Assembly (NCBI GenBank): GCA_951406725.2
Contig: OX597818.1
Span: 87,358,001-87,422,000 of the forward strand
DNA: 64,000 bases
Direction: 5' to 3'
DNA from: Octopus vulgaris
Lineage: Eukaryota
The notes below the pieces were generated by a model. The model saw only the letters and a list, made by a program, of their open reading frames with translations, was not told the DNA's origin and ran no database searches. Shown here one piece after another: positions 1 through 14,687 of the stretch. The position numbers were made by a program, and so were the translations under genes. The stretch's first letter is position 1. Every line of letters starts with the position of its first letter.

Positions 1-7
1 CACCTGT

Positions 8-1545
<1,538 letters not shown>

Positions 1546-1767
1546 GCGACTGGGTTTGCAAACATGGCAAAACTGTACTAATGTACTCAATACATTTAGT
1601 ATTGCTTATGCATGTATTACAATCTGTAAAGAACGGAAACGGCGGACTCAGATTACCGTTAGCTTGTTGATGGCATCAGCAAATAAAGAAGTCAATTCAA
1701 CGAGATTAAGTATTATTTAATGATATTTATATATTTGATATTTGATAATATTGTATAATGAATTTAA

Positions 1768-1807
<40 letters not shown>

Positions 1808-1872
1808 ACAGATATTTTGAAACTGAACCACTGCCGAATCGTGCTCAGTCTACACACACACACGCACGCACG

Positions 1873-1913
<41 letters not shown>

Positions 1914-2272
1914 GCACACACACTCACACACACACACACATAAGATGTTTTGGTATCCAGAGGATCCAAAAGGCAGGTAAGTCTATGTAAGTGCTACGGA
2001 AAGACTGCCGTTAGACCCCCCCCATATTAAAGCATAACTCTTCAATACTTCTAAATCGATATAATGAGGCCCTAGGTACATGCAGCCAGCGCTTCTTTCA
2101 TGCCTTCAAATTTTACCACAGATAGAAATGCCACCGAGATGACAACACAATGCATATACCGAATACCTCTTAGGTAACCTCCAAAAACCTTTCTTGACTT
2201 CCCAATTTCTAAAAAGAATTAATTTTTTAATTTTTTATTTTCATTCGTTAATTGTTTAATAATAATAATAAT

Positions 2273-2324
<52 letters not shown>

Positions 2325-2550
2325 GTGTGTGTGTGCATATATATATATATTATATACCATGGATAAGAAGCTTCTTTGTCCATTCTAAACAGCACATTCC
2401 TTGGATAATGGAACTGCAGCTGTAACATCCAACACACATTTTTATTTCTATTTTCATATTTCCCTTTGCACTTCCTATATCTCTCCCTTTCCAAAATAAC
2501 TTCTTATATATTAAACTCTACTATTTCCTTCTGTTTAACTCTCTCATATC

Positions 2551-2598
2551 GTCTCTGGTGATGGGTTGTCCTTTATATCCCTGAAACAGCTGTAAGAC
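2551..2598 (+). ncRNA. Degenerate minimal type I hammerhead ribozyme motif
   Basis: gtct-CTGGTGA-tggg..ccct-GAAA-cagctg-TA-agac. Stem I gtct/agac and palindromic stem III are present; core has A6G and the first stem II pair is mismatched. Confidence 0.7.
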
Positions 2599-2679
2599 TA
2601 CATCTCTCTTTATAAATGTCCTAGAAATTTCACACTTTATTGTCTCATTTTATTCAACACACACACACATTTATATATA

Positions 2680-4525
2680 TATAATCAAAATAAGCAACAA
2701 GAATGACTCCGGTAATTTGGTACGATCGTTTCGTACTACATCATTTTATTAAATGTTGTAAGTATTACAACAGTTTTAAAATACTGAGCACTCATCAGCC
2801 AATTATAGAGGTTTTCCGTTAATACAAAAATTTTCATATCAAGTGGCAACATTATAGAGAAGGTAGATACATAGACAAAGATATGTGGATTTAAATTTTA
2901 AGAACATTTGAGGTAGTGGAGCCCATCAACTGACTGACTAAGATTCAGTTGTTCCAGACTACTGTAAGGTTCTGAGAGGGAAGAACAAATGAAAAGAGAC
3001 AATAAAGATTTTCTAATTATAGAAATGGGGTAAAGCTCCATATAAGGAATTTATGTAGAAGACAGCATTGTCACAACTAAATGCCAATTACTACTATTTG
3101 ATGAACAGATTCAGCGTTAGGAGAACTAGGTCAAAGTCAAATTGTCACAATAACATTCACAGAGAATGCAGAGACCTTACAAACCCTATGCATATCAGCA
3201 CAACAGTTGGTCTATAAGTTCCAAGTACTTTGACACGTTAGAATAAAGGAAAAAATCTAAATCTAAAATTTATTCAAATTTGGAGAAAGAGACTATCACT
3301 TATTATGAGTAGGCATAGTACTTATTAACTGGGGGAAAAAGGCCTTATTAATCAAGTGAACATATTAGGGGTCAAAATATATACTAAGAAAGATGGAAGA
3401 GGGAAAACCAAAGGAGGAAGATATTCAAGGTTTAGTAGAAGGCGATATTTTATAACATGAAGAGAGGTAATTTAGAAGAGTAAATTATTCAAATTTCATG
3501 GATAGTGAGTTGATATTAATGGATTAAAATATAGGATCTATTGGAAATAAAATTTACTACCTGCGGAAAAAAGTTAATTAGTTAGGTAAAAACATCTTAG
3601 GTTAATTATATATTAAGAAATGGGAGTGAGATAATCAAGATGAACCAAATAGTTTCCCTAGGGATATAGGATTAATGCTACTTAGTACTGGAGAACATTA
3701 TAAAAAAGAAGAATCATTTATGGGTGTTAAACTAAAACCAGTATGGTATATTCGTTTCTATTTGGTTAAATATATTTTGTAAAGATATCTTAGACTAATT
3801 ATATATTAAGAAATGGAAGTGAGATAATCAAGGTGAACTGAATAATTTCTTTAGGGACATAGGATTCATACTATTTAGTATTCCTACTATTTGGGATTCA
3901 TACTATTTAGGATTCCAACTATTTAAATGCATACAGTTTAATTTTAGAAAAAAGAAGAATTCAATTTTAAGTTTGCAGTGAAGTTATTTTAGTCGTCTAT
4001 AAATGTTAAATTGAAAGCTAGTATGGTATATTCCTTCTTATTTGGTTATAAAGAATTAAAATTTGAAAAATATAGGAATATTCACAAAATTATTATTTAA
4101 AGTATTTAAACGTTCGGGTCGTACGATGTATACAAGAGCCTCCCAGCTCCAAACGGTTATTCAACAGATTTGTATTACTCTGATGTTTCAAAATTTCATA
4201 TGTTTCCATAGAACAGAGTTGACAACCATCCCTACTATTTCTATAAGGTTGCGCTCTTCTAACTATATCCCAATTTTGGTTGAATTCTATATTATTTGTT
4301 TTTAGTTCCCAAATTTTACTAGATAATGTTGTGCAACCTGTCTTATGTTTGAGCCTAAAAGAGGAAAAATGATTGTTTAGACGTTTTTTAAAATCTACCG
4401 AACAACCGAGATAAAGAAAGCTATTATTTGGTAGAGTCTGCAGCCTGTACTTCCGATAAGATGCAGCCCAGAACGTTTCTGCATCCTGCAGTTGATATAC
4501 ACAGACACAGACAAGCACACACACA

Positions 4526-4570
<45 letters not shown>

Positions 4571-4800
4571 ACACACACACACACACACAGACACACACAC
4601 ATGTATAACCAATTAAAATTCTAACATTACGTACTCGTTGGATCCAAAAAGAGGATCTGTGAATAAGCAGTCTAGTCTTAAAGGAGTCTTCGATTGCGCC
4701 GACATATTTCTGTGTATGTTCCATCAATGTTTGTCAACACTAATTTTGCATATTAGGCCAAGGCGTCTATGTTGCGTTGGAATATCCACACTGAAAATAC
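2680..4800 (-). mobile_element. Penelope-like element 3' part: broken GIY-YIG endonuclease, long AT-rich 3' region with ~190-bp tandem duplication, terminal HHR
   Basis: Peptides QKYVGAIEDSFKTRLLIHRSSF and YLGCSVDFKKRLNNHFSSFR..TTLSSKIWELK..WDIVRRAQPY..CQLCSMETYEIL..LLNNRLEL..CIH. The YxG segment occurs twice around a (CA)n tract. Duplication at about 3590-3780 and 3782-4050. Confidence 0.8.
2717..2802 (-). ncRNA. Type I hammerhead ribozyme, canonical core, branched stem II
   Basis: Minus strand: ttgg-CTGATGA-gtgct..(three small hairpins)..agtac-GAAA-cgatcg-TA-ccaa. Lies downstream of a minus-strand Penelope GIY-YIG relic. Confidence 0.88.
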
Positions 4801-5109
4801 AAATAACCACAACAGTGAAAGTTCGTAAGGAACAAGTGATATAAATTAAATCTCGTTTTTGTCATACTTTTCCTATACACATACACATGCAGCGGTACAC
4901 GTCCTTGCCTAGGTTTATTAACATCTAAAAATGGATACAATCACATGAAATCACTATATTTTGGGATAAATTCTTTGAAAACTTTTTTTAACGATTTTGT
5001 CCCAAGCAAAGCTTCAGGTCACTGTAAGGTATGAAACTACAAAGAAAGAAAAGAAGGGGTCAACAAATAAAAAAAAATATCGATTGATAGAAAACTTAAA
5101 AAAGTGAAT

Positions 5110-5560
5110 ATTATAGACCAGAGTGAAAGAAGACGACATCAGTGAGTTCCACAGAGCAGGAGTTTGAGAAGATAAGCTGTGGGAAAAAAGGGCTTATAAC
5201 TAACAAGTAGCTCAACAGAAAAACGATGTGCGTGTGAAGAGGAGTGGGTGACACATTGAAAGGACTTGGCAGGGTACTGGATCGGAAAGTCCATCTGAGC
5301 AGTGACCATGGAAATACTTATTGAAATGACACAAAGGAAGTATATTTCAACGATGGGCGAAAGGCTCCAATCTCGTAGAAAGAAGAGGGTCTAATGTGTT
5401 TGCAACTCGATTCTGAATCTGATTAATACACTCAGAGGAAGCACCAGTCGAAATATGACAGCAATATTCGATGAATAGTCGAATGGTGGTCTCATAGAGA
5501 TTTAAGATGCAATTCCTTGAAAAAACTTCAATTCAATTGAAAGAAATGTCGATACTCTAT
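5110..5560 (-). mobile_element. Degraded CR1/L2/Jockey-group LINE 3' fragment
   Basis: Minus-strand translation remnants resemble AHR..SFVSFQ.YFHGHCSDGL..FFPTA..LWNSL, typical of the C-terminus after the RT. Confidence 0.55.
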
Positions 5561-6861
5561 AATTTAATTAGTCTCAAGGCAATAGTGTTTCGTTTTGTTA
5601 CCATAATACACTGCTAGGTATATCACATGGTTATTAAGTCAATTCTGTGTCCTACTACCTGTTAACAGCGCTCAAATTTCATTTTAATGTTATCTGTATA
5701 GATTTTCTATAAAATTCAAACAGTACTGTAAGTTACAACATTTCGTAAAACAGATATGTTTATGTACACAATGTGATCGGAGACAGAAAAATAGGTAATG
5801 GATGTATATACATATTTCAAAGATTATTGTCCTTTCATCAGTACTTCATATAAACTATCAATCATCCACGTATACATTGCTTAAACATCTACTTGGTTTA
5901 GTGGTGTAACATAACAGGATAGATCAATTTGCATAGTAAACACATTCCTAGCAACTGGTACATATATTTAATTGCTGGCTGTGAACTCTATAGATATTCT
6001 GTATAGATAATATTAAAATGAAACTCTCATAATTGTTGTGGCATCTCAGAAATTCCGAACATACTTCAAATCAAGTTTTATAAACATGCATAAGAAATAA
6101 AAACTTAAAATTAAACATAAATATAGAGGTAATAAAAAAATCTATTCCTCAGAAAAGCATGTTTTTTTTCCTCTTTTAAAATACTGTACTAATTTACATA
6201 ATTACTCTAAATTAATTATCTTTGCAATCACAATAGTTTTCTGCTGTGTTTAGCAATGCTTGTGGGTATATGCATTAGTCTTATTTTTTTCTTTCTCCTA
6301 GTTAATAGAATGAAAAATCTTTTAGAGAAATGAGTCTAGCATTGATGAACACTATGAAAGAAAAAATAAGAAAAAGAAGGAAAAGTATTCTGCAAAATTT
6401 CAGCTACCCAGAAGCATGACTGTAATCTACAACTTGGAACATCCATCCATTCAATCATCCATACGCATACAAACATAAACACGCGCGCGCACACACATTT
6501 TTACTGAAAACACGACTGTGTTCCAGTTTAATCTGTTTTTTAAAGATTTTTCATATTTTATTTTTTGTTTTTTTTTTCAGTTTCGAACAATGAAGTTCGT
6601 CGAAAGATAATCGATGTTTCTATACTTTTACAGCCTTATAACCAGAATATGAAATATATATTTAAGTTTCTTTATCGCAAATTGTCAACAATATTCAAAA
6701 TTATCAACATGTTACACAATATAGCAGGGTAGAAAAAAACCTGCCATGCCTGTACAAAGCTAGACCTCTCTCAAACGTAATTAGCTGCGACCATGATAAT
6801 AATAATAATAATAATAATAATGATAATAATAATGATAATAATGATAATAATAATAATAATG

Positions 6862-6919
<58 letters not shown>

Positions 6920-6921
<2 letters not shown>

Positions 6922-7135
6922 GTTTCAAATTTTGGCACAGGGCCAGCGATTTCAGGAGGGGGGTTAAGCCGATTACACCGACTCCAGTATTCAGCTGGTA
7001 CTTATTTTATCGATCCTCTACAAGATGACAAGCAAAATCGACCATGGCGGAATTCGAACCCAGAAAGTAAAGACGGACTAAATGCCGCTAAGCATTTTTC
7101 TCGGCGGGCTAACGGTTTTGCCAGCTCGCCGCCTA
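6920..7135 (-). mobile_element. tRNA-derived SINE, family A
   Basis: Reverse complement of aggcggcgagctggc..gggttcgaattcc (B box)..cgataaaataagtaccag, set between (TAA)n tracts. Confidence 0.85.
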
Positions 7136-7163
7136 AATAATAATAATAATAATAATAATAATG

Positions 7164-7223
<60 letters not shown>

Positions 7224-7317
7224 TTAATAATAATAATAATAATAATGATGATGATGATGATGATGATGATAACGAAGATAATGATGATGATGATAATAAT
7301 AATAATAATAATAATAA

Positions 7318-8132
7318 TCCTACCAGAAACAACCATACAAACATCCTTTAAGATGGATCTGACTCGTCGTATAGAATTTGCTGAAAATTCACAGAGACAA
7401 TTGATCATGATGTTTTTGGCTGTCCAGTCTTCGCTGAAAAGGAGTACCTCATAAGACATGACAAACTAGGGCAGCACATACACTAGAATGCTTGAAAGTA
7501 CTACAAAATTAAATTCCATTATTAGTGGTACAGGCACCATCCAGAGGATGTAGTAAATGGCGAGGGCGTCACTATCCTTTGGAACTTCCCAATACAAACA
7601 CAAAGAAAAATTGAGTCTGCCCGACCAGACATTGTGATCAAGGACTACAACTAAGGAACTTGTCTGTTAATAGATATGTCAGTCCCACAAGATTAAAATG
7701 TCTCAAGAAGGGAATACGAAAAGCTTTCTCACTATAAAGATCTGCAAATTTAAATCGCAAAAATGTGGCAGCTTACTACTGTGATAATACCAGTAGTAAA
7801 TGGTACGCTGGGAATGACAAAGAAGGGAGTTGAGAAGTATATTAAGCAACTACCTGGTAACTCCAATATCCGTAAACTACAAAAGATTACCTTGATGGGA
7901 ACAGCCCATATACTATGGAAAGCACTCTCCATCTAAAATGGAATAAAGGTGGTGATAATTTTAACATGCATAGCAAAACAGAAGTGCCCTTGCTACTCAT
8001 GGTATTTTGGCAGCCTTATTGGGTGCAGCGTACATCTTAAGGAAAGTATAATCTGTGTAAAGTTCTTGTTGAGACTTGACAGATGACTAAAGAATCCGGT
8101 GCATTTTCCCCTACACTGTGTTACGAAGGAAT
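7318..8132 (+). mobile_element. R4/Dong-like non-LTR retrotransposon 3' fragment with restriction-like endonuclease, inactivated
   Basis: RHDKLGQHIH..WYRHHPEDVVNGEGVTILWNFPIQT..ARPDIVIKDY..CLLIDMSVP..KLSHYKDL..KMWQ..IPVVNGTLG, with in-frame stops. Flanked by (TAA)n/(GAT)n. Confidence 0.85.
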
Positions 8133-8134
8133 GT

Positions 8135-8192
<58 letters not shown>

Positions 8193-8245
8193 AATAATAA
8201 TAATAATAATTGTTTCTTTATTGGCCACAAGAGCCGAAAGTATAA

Positions 8246-8289
<44 letters not shown>

Positions 8290-8303
8290 TGATGATGATG
8301 ATG

Positions 8304-8418
<115 letters not shown>

Positions 8419-8440
8419 TAATAATAATAATAATAATAAT

Positions 8441-8830
8441 AAAGAGTAATAAATATAAAAACTTGTTAATAGAAATTGAAAAAATGTGGCATCTCAAGGC
8501 GACTACAGAACCAGTAATTGTAGGATCTCTAAGAATGATAAAAAATGGTACTGAAACCTATTTGAAAATGATACCCGGCTTACCGTCCCTACAGAAAGTG
8601 CAAAAAATCGTGTTAATTGGAACGGCTCATGTACTGAGAAGAGCATTATCGCTGTGAAAACAACATCCATTCATGAATTTATTTATTCATTAATTTTTTA
8701 AATACATATTTTACCTGTGAATTTGCATGTGTAATCTGGGAATGCATACAATGAGCTTCTCTGCCCTAGGTATACGGAAAACACTCGGCGAGAAACGAAA
8801 GAAAATTTGAAGAAAGAAGAAGAAAAAAAA
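8441..8830 (+). mobile_element. Second, divergent R4/Dong-like 3' end
   Basis: KYKNLLIEIEKMWHLKATTEPVIVGSLRMI..LQKVQKIVLIGTAHVLRRAL*, 5'-truncated directly at (TAA)n and ending in gaa/A-rich tail. Confidence 0.8.
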
Positions 8831-8832
8831 AA

Positions 8833-9412
8833 TCCTTTTTAATGAAAGCACAAATCCATGAAATTTTGGGGGAGGGGACTAGTCGATTACATTGACTACA
8901 GTGTTTCATTGATACTTAATTTATCGACCCGAAAGGATGAAAAGCAAAGTCGACCTCGGCGGAATTTGAACTCAGAACGTAGTGGTAGACGAAATACCTA
9001 TTTCTTTACTACCCACAAAGGGCTAAACACAGAGGACAAACAAGGACAGACAAACGGATTAAGTCGATTAAATCGACCCCAATGTGTAACTGGTACTTAT
9101 TTAATCGACCCCGAAAGGATGAAAGGCAAAGTCGACCTCGGCGGAATTTGAACTCAGAACGTAGCGGCAGGCGAAATACCTATTTCTTTACTACCCACAA
9201 GGGGCTACACACAGAGGGGACAAACAAGGACAGACAGACGGATTAAGTCGATTACATAGACCCCTGTGCGTAACTGGTGCTTAATTTTTCGACCCCGAAA
9301 GGATGAAAGGCAAAGTCGACCTCGGCGGAATTTGAACTCCGAATGTAACGGCAGACGAAATACGGCTACACATTTCGCCCGACGACTTACTTTCTGCCAG
9401 CTCGTTTCTGCC
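8833..9412 (-). mobile_element. Family A SINE multimer (three B-box-containing units, 182-bp period)
   Basis: gtcgacctcggcggaatttgaactc occurs three times; junction gaaatacctatttctttact near 8991 and 9173. Confidence 0.9.
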
Positions 9413-9414
9413 AG

Positions 9415-9480
<66 letters not shown>

Positions 9481-9499
9481 ATAATAATAATAATAACAA

Positions 9500-9706
9500 T
9501 AATCCATTCTACTATAAGCGCAAGGCCTGAAAATTTGTGAGAGGGGACTGGTCGATTACATCGACCCCAATATTCAACTGGTACTTAGTTTATTGACCGC
9601 GAAATGATGAAGGTAAAGTCGACCTCGGCGGAATTTGAACTCAGAACCTAGCGGCAGACTAAACGTTTTGCCCGGTATGCTAACGATTCTGCCAACTCAC
9701 TGCCTT
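9500..9706 (-). mobile_element. Family A SINE
   Basis: Same head, B box and body as the other copies. Confidence 0.8.
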
Positions 9707-9731
9707 AATACTACTGCTGCTGCTGCTGCTG

Positions 9732-9794
<63 letters not shown>

Positions 9795-9812
9795 ATAATA
9801 ATAATAATAATA

Positions 9813-9889
<77 letters not shown>

Positions 9890-10239
9890 CATTATCATCA
9901 TCATCATCATCATCATCATCATGATAAACACGATTGATAACAATGCCAACCCTGATAGCAGAGGGTCATTAACCGTTCGAATTATAAACAAGGAAAATGA
10001 AAAACATAATCTTTTTTTATTTCTACAATTATTTACACTATGTGACAAAATTACTTTTTTGCCTTTGATCAGTAACTATTATTTCCTGTTTGCTTCTATC
10101 TAGAAATCAAAGGAAATGACTAGTAGTCCCTTCAAACTTTGCATTGTGACTTGGACATCGACGTTTTGAAATTGACATATTTTCCATTACATTTCAAACA
10201 ACTTCAGTGCTGAGTTGCTGAACCAGAGATATCGTTATA

Positions 10240-10772
10240 GTAAATATTGTACGCAATACCACAGATGTACTTGTCAGTTGTCTGACTTAACCACTTGAGC
10301 ATGTCCCTTTGTGGCTGACAATATGTGCATCTCTGCTGATGAGCAGGAATAGTAAGGGAGCATTATAGCCATGTTGAGAGGGATTCTTTGGGGGTTTGAA
10401 TAAATGTAACAAAAGCAAAGTTTGTACGAAATATTATCCATTTTTAATACTTTCTAGGGGAAGGCAAATAGGAAATAACAGTTGTTATCCAAGGACAAAG
10501 TCGTGTTACAAATATTCTGCTCAATAGCACAGACTTGAATTGATTGTCAGTGATTTGAACGTAACCATTTGAGCATGTTTCTTAGTGGCTGACGATATAT
10601 GCATCTCTGATGATAAGCAGAAGTAGTGAAGGAAAGCATCATAGTCATGTGCTGAGAGGGATTCTTTGGGAGTTTGAATAAATATAAGAAAAGTAAAGTT
10701 TGAACGAAATATTAACCATAGGGGTACGCAAATAGGAATTAACAGTTGTTATCCAAGGATAAACATCGTGTT
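10240..10772 (+). repeat. Diverged tandem duplication, ~265-bp unit, of a SINE-like fragment
   Basis: aaatatt..caata.cacaga..gagcatgt..gtggctgac..gagagggattctttggg..aacagttgttatccaagga..tcgtgtta occurs twice. Confidence 0.85.
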
Positions 10773-11198
10773 AGACAGAGTTACACAACAGACCACATTT
10801 CAAATTATAACATTTAAATACAAAGAATCAGGGAAAAAAAACGATGAAAAACGGAAAAGAAAGAAAAGGGGAGGATCGCCACCCCACCACTGAGAAAACG
10901 GTGTACACAGCCGCGCGCCCCGCAGTAATGACCATGATGTTGAGCGGAGAATGGCCAGTGATGATCGCGGCAGTAGCCACTTCATCTCTCTGGACTTCAT
11001 TTGTCAAACGAAAATAGTCTAAAGGTGATTGTCAGGTTAGAGGCGAAAAGGACAAACTATTTTGAAATCTAGATTGGACAGATATATACACACACATATA
11101 TACACAAACGCACACATATACACATATACATACATGCATTCTAAAATATGTATACGCACATATAAGCACACACATGTGCGCGCGCATAACCACATACG

Positions 11199-11251
<53 letters not shown>

Positions 11252-11517
11252 CAAACATATATATACGTATGCACATACAAACACACAAATACACACACGC
11301 ACACACACTGACTCGAAACTGACATTTCAGAGTTCTTCGTTTTGAAACCAAAAGAGTTTTACATTGATGGGATTAAAAAGCTTGGAAGGAAGTCATAGAT
11401 AATCAGGGAAAGTATTTTGATGATTAAATTTCAATTAAATATAACATTTGATCACTTGTTTTCTTTATTCAAAATTCGGACAGAACGTACAGGATGATCT
11501 GATATATATATATATAT

Positions 11518-11700
11518 AGGGAGAATTCACAAAAAAACAAACCAACAAAAGACGAAGACAGGTTGTGTAGAAAACAAACATATGTATTAGTATAACGCTC
11601 GGGAATTGAAAAAGTCTTTAACGTTTCGAGCCTACGCTCTTCCACAGAGGGGAACACAGAAAGAAACAAAGAGAGAAAACAAATGTGTAGTGGTTAGCAA
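11518..11700 (-). mobile_element. (AT)n-abutting short module with degenerate minimal HHR (11616-11651); same family as 45518-45720
   Basis: Minus strand: CTGTGGA-a-gagc-gtag-gctc-GAAA-cg-TT-aaag. Flank acaaaagacgaag.caggt..aaacaaac..gtattagtat..cgctc is shared with the 45.5-kb copy. Confidence 0.65.
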
Positions 11701-11708
11701 TCTATCTA

Positions 11709-11853
<145 letters not shown>

Positions 11854-12268
11854 AATGGAGGTAGAATCAAGAACAAAAAAAAAAGTACTGAGAGATAAAT
11901 ATCAATTTTAATACACAAACAAAAGAGCTTCTAATAGTTTCCTGAAAGACTGCTCGGAGATACTGTTGTGGTGAAATCCTGACACTCCTATGAAATAGCA
12001 AGTGAACTGTCCTAAACCTTATAAAGGCGCATGCGTACTGGCAGTGCGAGATGCAGTGTAGTGTGTGCAGTCGCATTTGTGAAGGCAATCGTACAGTCGT
12101 TAAGAAGAGATATAAGTTTGTTACGTGTTTGTTACTGATTTAGTTACAGCTTAGTCTATATCCAAACGCAAGGATATTACAGATATATGGTGTACTTTAT
12201 AAATATGTCTAGTTAAAGCATCATAAAAACATGAAACTATTGGTAGCTCTTTTGGTTGTATATTAAAT

Positions 12269-12302
<34 letters not shown>

Positions 12303-12564
12303 TATCGTCACTAATTATTATTGAGGGTGCCGAAGCGCCAATATTGCAAGAAATAAGAGTTAAAAACTCTTAATGCTGTAAGAAGCGCACAACATATATG
12401 CACTGACAAGGGCGATAATTCCGCATGTGCGTCTCTAGGACCTAAAGACTACATTAGTTTCGCCTATCAGTCGGAGACTCGTCAGTAGTGACTATTGAAA
12501 CGCTCGATGGTTTGGCTAAATCTGCACGTCAGTATATATTTTTACCATAAAAATTTATAGCTGA

Positions 12565-12961
12565 CTAGCAGTATCGCCCGGCGTTGCTCGGGTTTGAAAG
12601 GGAAATAAATATAAAGCATTTTTAGAGAGTTATAGCCAAAAAACAGCAAAAAATGCATTAAAAATGAAAAAAAAATTATGGTAAATTTTTAAAAAAATCG
12701 TTGACTCATCGTAGACATTTTTAGAGAGTTACTTCCCTGTATTTAAAAAATATGCTTTAAAATGGAAAAAAAATTATAGTAAATTATTTTTAAAATCGTA
12801 GACTCATCGTAGACGCGCGCTAATACCCAGAAGGGCTCGATATGAATCACGACTATAAGATACCCGATTTTGGTTAAACTGTACCGTAAAATGTGGGAGT
12901 AGTTAGGAATCTAAATCGTAGGAGACAGACACTCACACAACTTCACTTTTATATATAAAGA
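12565..12961 (-). mobile_element. Non-autonomous Helitron
   Basis: Minus strand 5' TC(tttatatataaaa); 3' hairpin cccgagcaacgccggg followed by CTAG; inserted between A and T. Confidence 0.9.
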
Positions 12962-13012
12962 TATATTTTTATCATAAAAATTTATGTCTGATCTCCTCCG
13001 TCAGTGTATATA

Positions 13013-13347
13013 CAGAGTGGCCCAAAAGAAGGTTTACAGTTATTCAACTATCTTTTTCGCATTCATATATTAGCAGTTTAGATTCTAATTATTAAAAAAA
13101 ATACGAAACCATTATTCTAAGCTAATTTAATTAATTGTAAGATAGAAATTTAAATGTAATAAAATGTTTTAAAAGAAAGATACAGAAATGAATTTTTCTT
13201 CTCAAACGCGTGATAATGCTAATAAATATCAGTATAAGGCTAATAAATATCAAGATTAGGATAAATTATCCATACATTGCAGAAAAATATGTTACCGGCC
13301 TCCAAGTGCCTACGTGAAAACTGTAAACCTACTTTTGGGCCACCCTG
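13013..13347. mobile_element. Tc1/mariner-type MITE
   Basis: TIRs cagagtggcccaaaagaaggtttacagtt / aactgtaaacctacttttgggccaccctg, TA on both sides. Confidence 0.9.
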
Positions 13348-13503
13348 TATATTGTGCCCTTATGATAGCATTAAGAATTTTAAAGTCTAATTTTTTTGCG
13401 ATATAGGTGCTTCTGCAAACTCAGTTACTATTACTGACGATAAAATTTTACCTTTATTGTATTATATTGCGCCTAGCTGTTTATACATAGATACATAGAT
13501 ACA

Positions 13504-13580
<77 letters not shown>

Positions 13581-13581
<1 letters not shown>

Positions 13582-13790
13582 AGGATAAGATCGTTAATTT
13601 AAATTAAATGGCCAGCATGGAAATAAAAACCTTCAAAGGTAATAATAATTGTTAAAATTATAACTTAGGGTATCTACGAGATAATGCCATGCTGAAAATA
13701 GCAGCCAGTATCTGACTCTAAACCATCTTAAGTGTTCATATAGCACGCGGAGAGAAAACAAGAAGACAAAATAAAACTAGTAAAAAATAT
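13581..13790 (-). ncRNA. (AT)n-abutting module with unassigned four-way-junction RNA motif (copy 1)
   Basis: Minus strand: TGGCTGCTATTT, helix cagcatgg/ccatgctg enclosing three hairpins and ACCCTAA; outer helix agatggt/gccattt. Confidence 0.6.
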
Positions 13791-13799
13791 GTATGTTTG

Positions 13800-13833
<34 letters not shown>

Positions 13834-14628
13834 TGTATGTATTTATGCGTATGTGCTGTGTGTGTACGCGCTTGTGTATATTGTCACAGTAACGCAACTT
13901 CCTATTGCTACAAATTTTTGGAAGCCACTTGAATATGATATTTCAGTTTGCAAAATTTCTTCTGGGCGAAGACACCAATTAGTTCGGATCACAGCATGGG
14001 TTACAGATTGCCAGACATTATTTGCAATTGTTCAGTGAGCGTTAGAATTAAAAATACCACTTTTCAACACTAGCATTGGAAACAGTTCTGTTGTATTATA
14101 AGCAGCGAGGTCAAGGCAATAACAAAAATATGAGCAGAAGAGATAGACGCTGTGCGTGGCTCTCTTTTACGTTTTAAAATTGGAATTTATCCTCTCCAAT
14201 CCAATCTTGTTTTATAACTTATAAAATTCTTGGCTATTTTGCCTGTGGTATACGGAAGGTGTGAGTTGTGGGCTGAGTTGCATTGAACTTGAGTGAGAAG
14301 GGTAAGGTAGAAGTTAAGTCATGGAATCTAAATTTGGAGTTTCCAAGCAGCGGGCGGGGCTTGGTGAAATATGGAAATATATTACGACGGACGCTGCATA
14401 CATCCGTACGTACGTAGTATACATGGATACAAGCGCACGCACAAATACACACACATACACACTCACCAATACATATACACAAATGTAACTTTTAGAACGC
14501 TGAGGAAGGAAAAGGGAGGTGAGTGTGAGGAATACGTGGCTTTTAGGAGAATGTTGTTGGAATGTTGACAACAGTTGCTCACATGCGGCAATTCTTCTGT
14601 CCATCACACACATAAAAATCACTCGCAA

Positions 14629-14687
<59 letters not shown>

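Larger units (their letters stand above)
12302..13443. mobile_element. Old long-TIR MITE hosting two nested insertions
   Basis: ttatcgtcactaattattattgag..ctcttaatgct..gcacaa at the left is the imperfect reverse complement of ttgtgc..agcattaagaa..ctcagttactattactgacgataa at the right. Confidence 0.7.

Noticed and set aside
12015-12045. Promoter-like TATAAA plus GCGCATGCG, and a GC box near 14350
   Set aside because: Short motifs with no associated gene or transcript evidence.
13606-13728. Resemblance to pistol (UUAGGG loop, AAAUAG) or HDV (GGCCAGCAUGG) ribozymes on the plus strand
   Set aside because: Pistol GCG/P3/GU elements and the HDV P1 partner are absent, the putative pseudoknot is not kept in copy 2, and G-U pairs favour the minus strand.
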